NCBI GenBank assembly: GCA_950097015.1
Contig: CATNEN010000038.1
Span: 16,802,001 to 16,866,000 of the forward strand
Origin: Macrostomum hystrix
Taxonomy: Eukaryota; Animalia; Platyhelminthes
Reading direction: 5' to 3'
Length of the DNA stretch: 64,000 nt
Shown here: positions 63,822 through 64,000 of the stretch, piece by piece
How the letters are laid out: every line of letters begins with the position of its first letter
How positions within the stretch are numbered: the stretch's first letter is position 1
Notes under the pieces: generated by a model
Databases searched by the model: none
Seen by the model: only the letters and a program-made list of their open reading frames with translations
Told to the model about the DNA's origin: nothing
Translations under genes and position numbers: made by a program

Positions 63822-64000
63822 CCTGTTTTGTTAGCTGATTGATTGTCAAACTATTGATTTTTTATTGACGCATTTTAAAATACCATTGGCCTAAAGTGCT
63901 CTTTTAAATTCTAGGTGGCTAGACTAGACTTGTTGACTGTTACAAGATAAAGTAGACGGACTTGTTCAGCGATAATGATGGAAGCTGGTTAGCCAGGTTT

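Overview
Eukaryotic (animal) genomic DNA with GT-AG introns, GC-rich exons and AT-rich introns full of SINEs, MITEs and minisatellites. The exon style, poly-Q tracts and repeat content suggest a free-living flatworm such as Macrostomum (inference only). Eight protein-coding genes can be reconstructed: an inner-arm axonemal dynein heavy chain (minus strand, runs off the left edge), a GT32/DXD glycosyltransferase, a novel-class PKC (epsilon/eta), phosducin-like PDCL, a DNTTIP1/TdIF1-like gene, an inositol-trisphosphate 3-kinase, a tyramine/dopamine beta-hydroxylase, and NIP7. Repeats include at least two tRNA-derived SINE families, a deleted Tc1 element, a deleted Merlin element, several hAT-type MITEs with 8-bp TSDs, and about 15 minisatellites. 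The most interesting observations: (1) a 17-nt microexon plus an alternative 3' splice site that together keep frame and would insert 18 aa into the QLSGHSGTF loop of the IP3 kinase; (2) a PKC first coding exon with a phase-0 acceptor and no ATG, which a flatworm AUG-terminated spliced leader could complete; (3) several intronic minisatellites whose units are sense-strand splice signals; (4) a 39-bp P-element-like excision footprint; (5) nested TE insertions and a MITE carrying a satellite. No CRISPR array, rRNA or intact tRNA was seen. All exon boundaries were read by eye.
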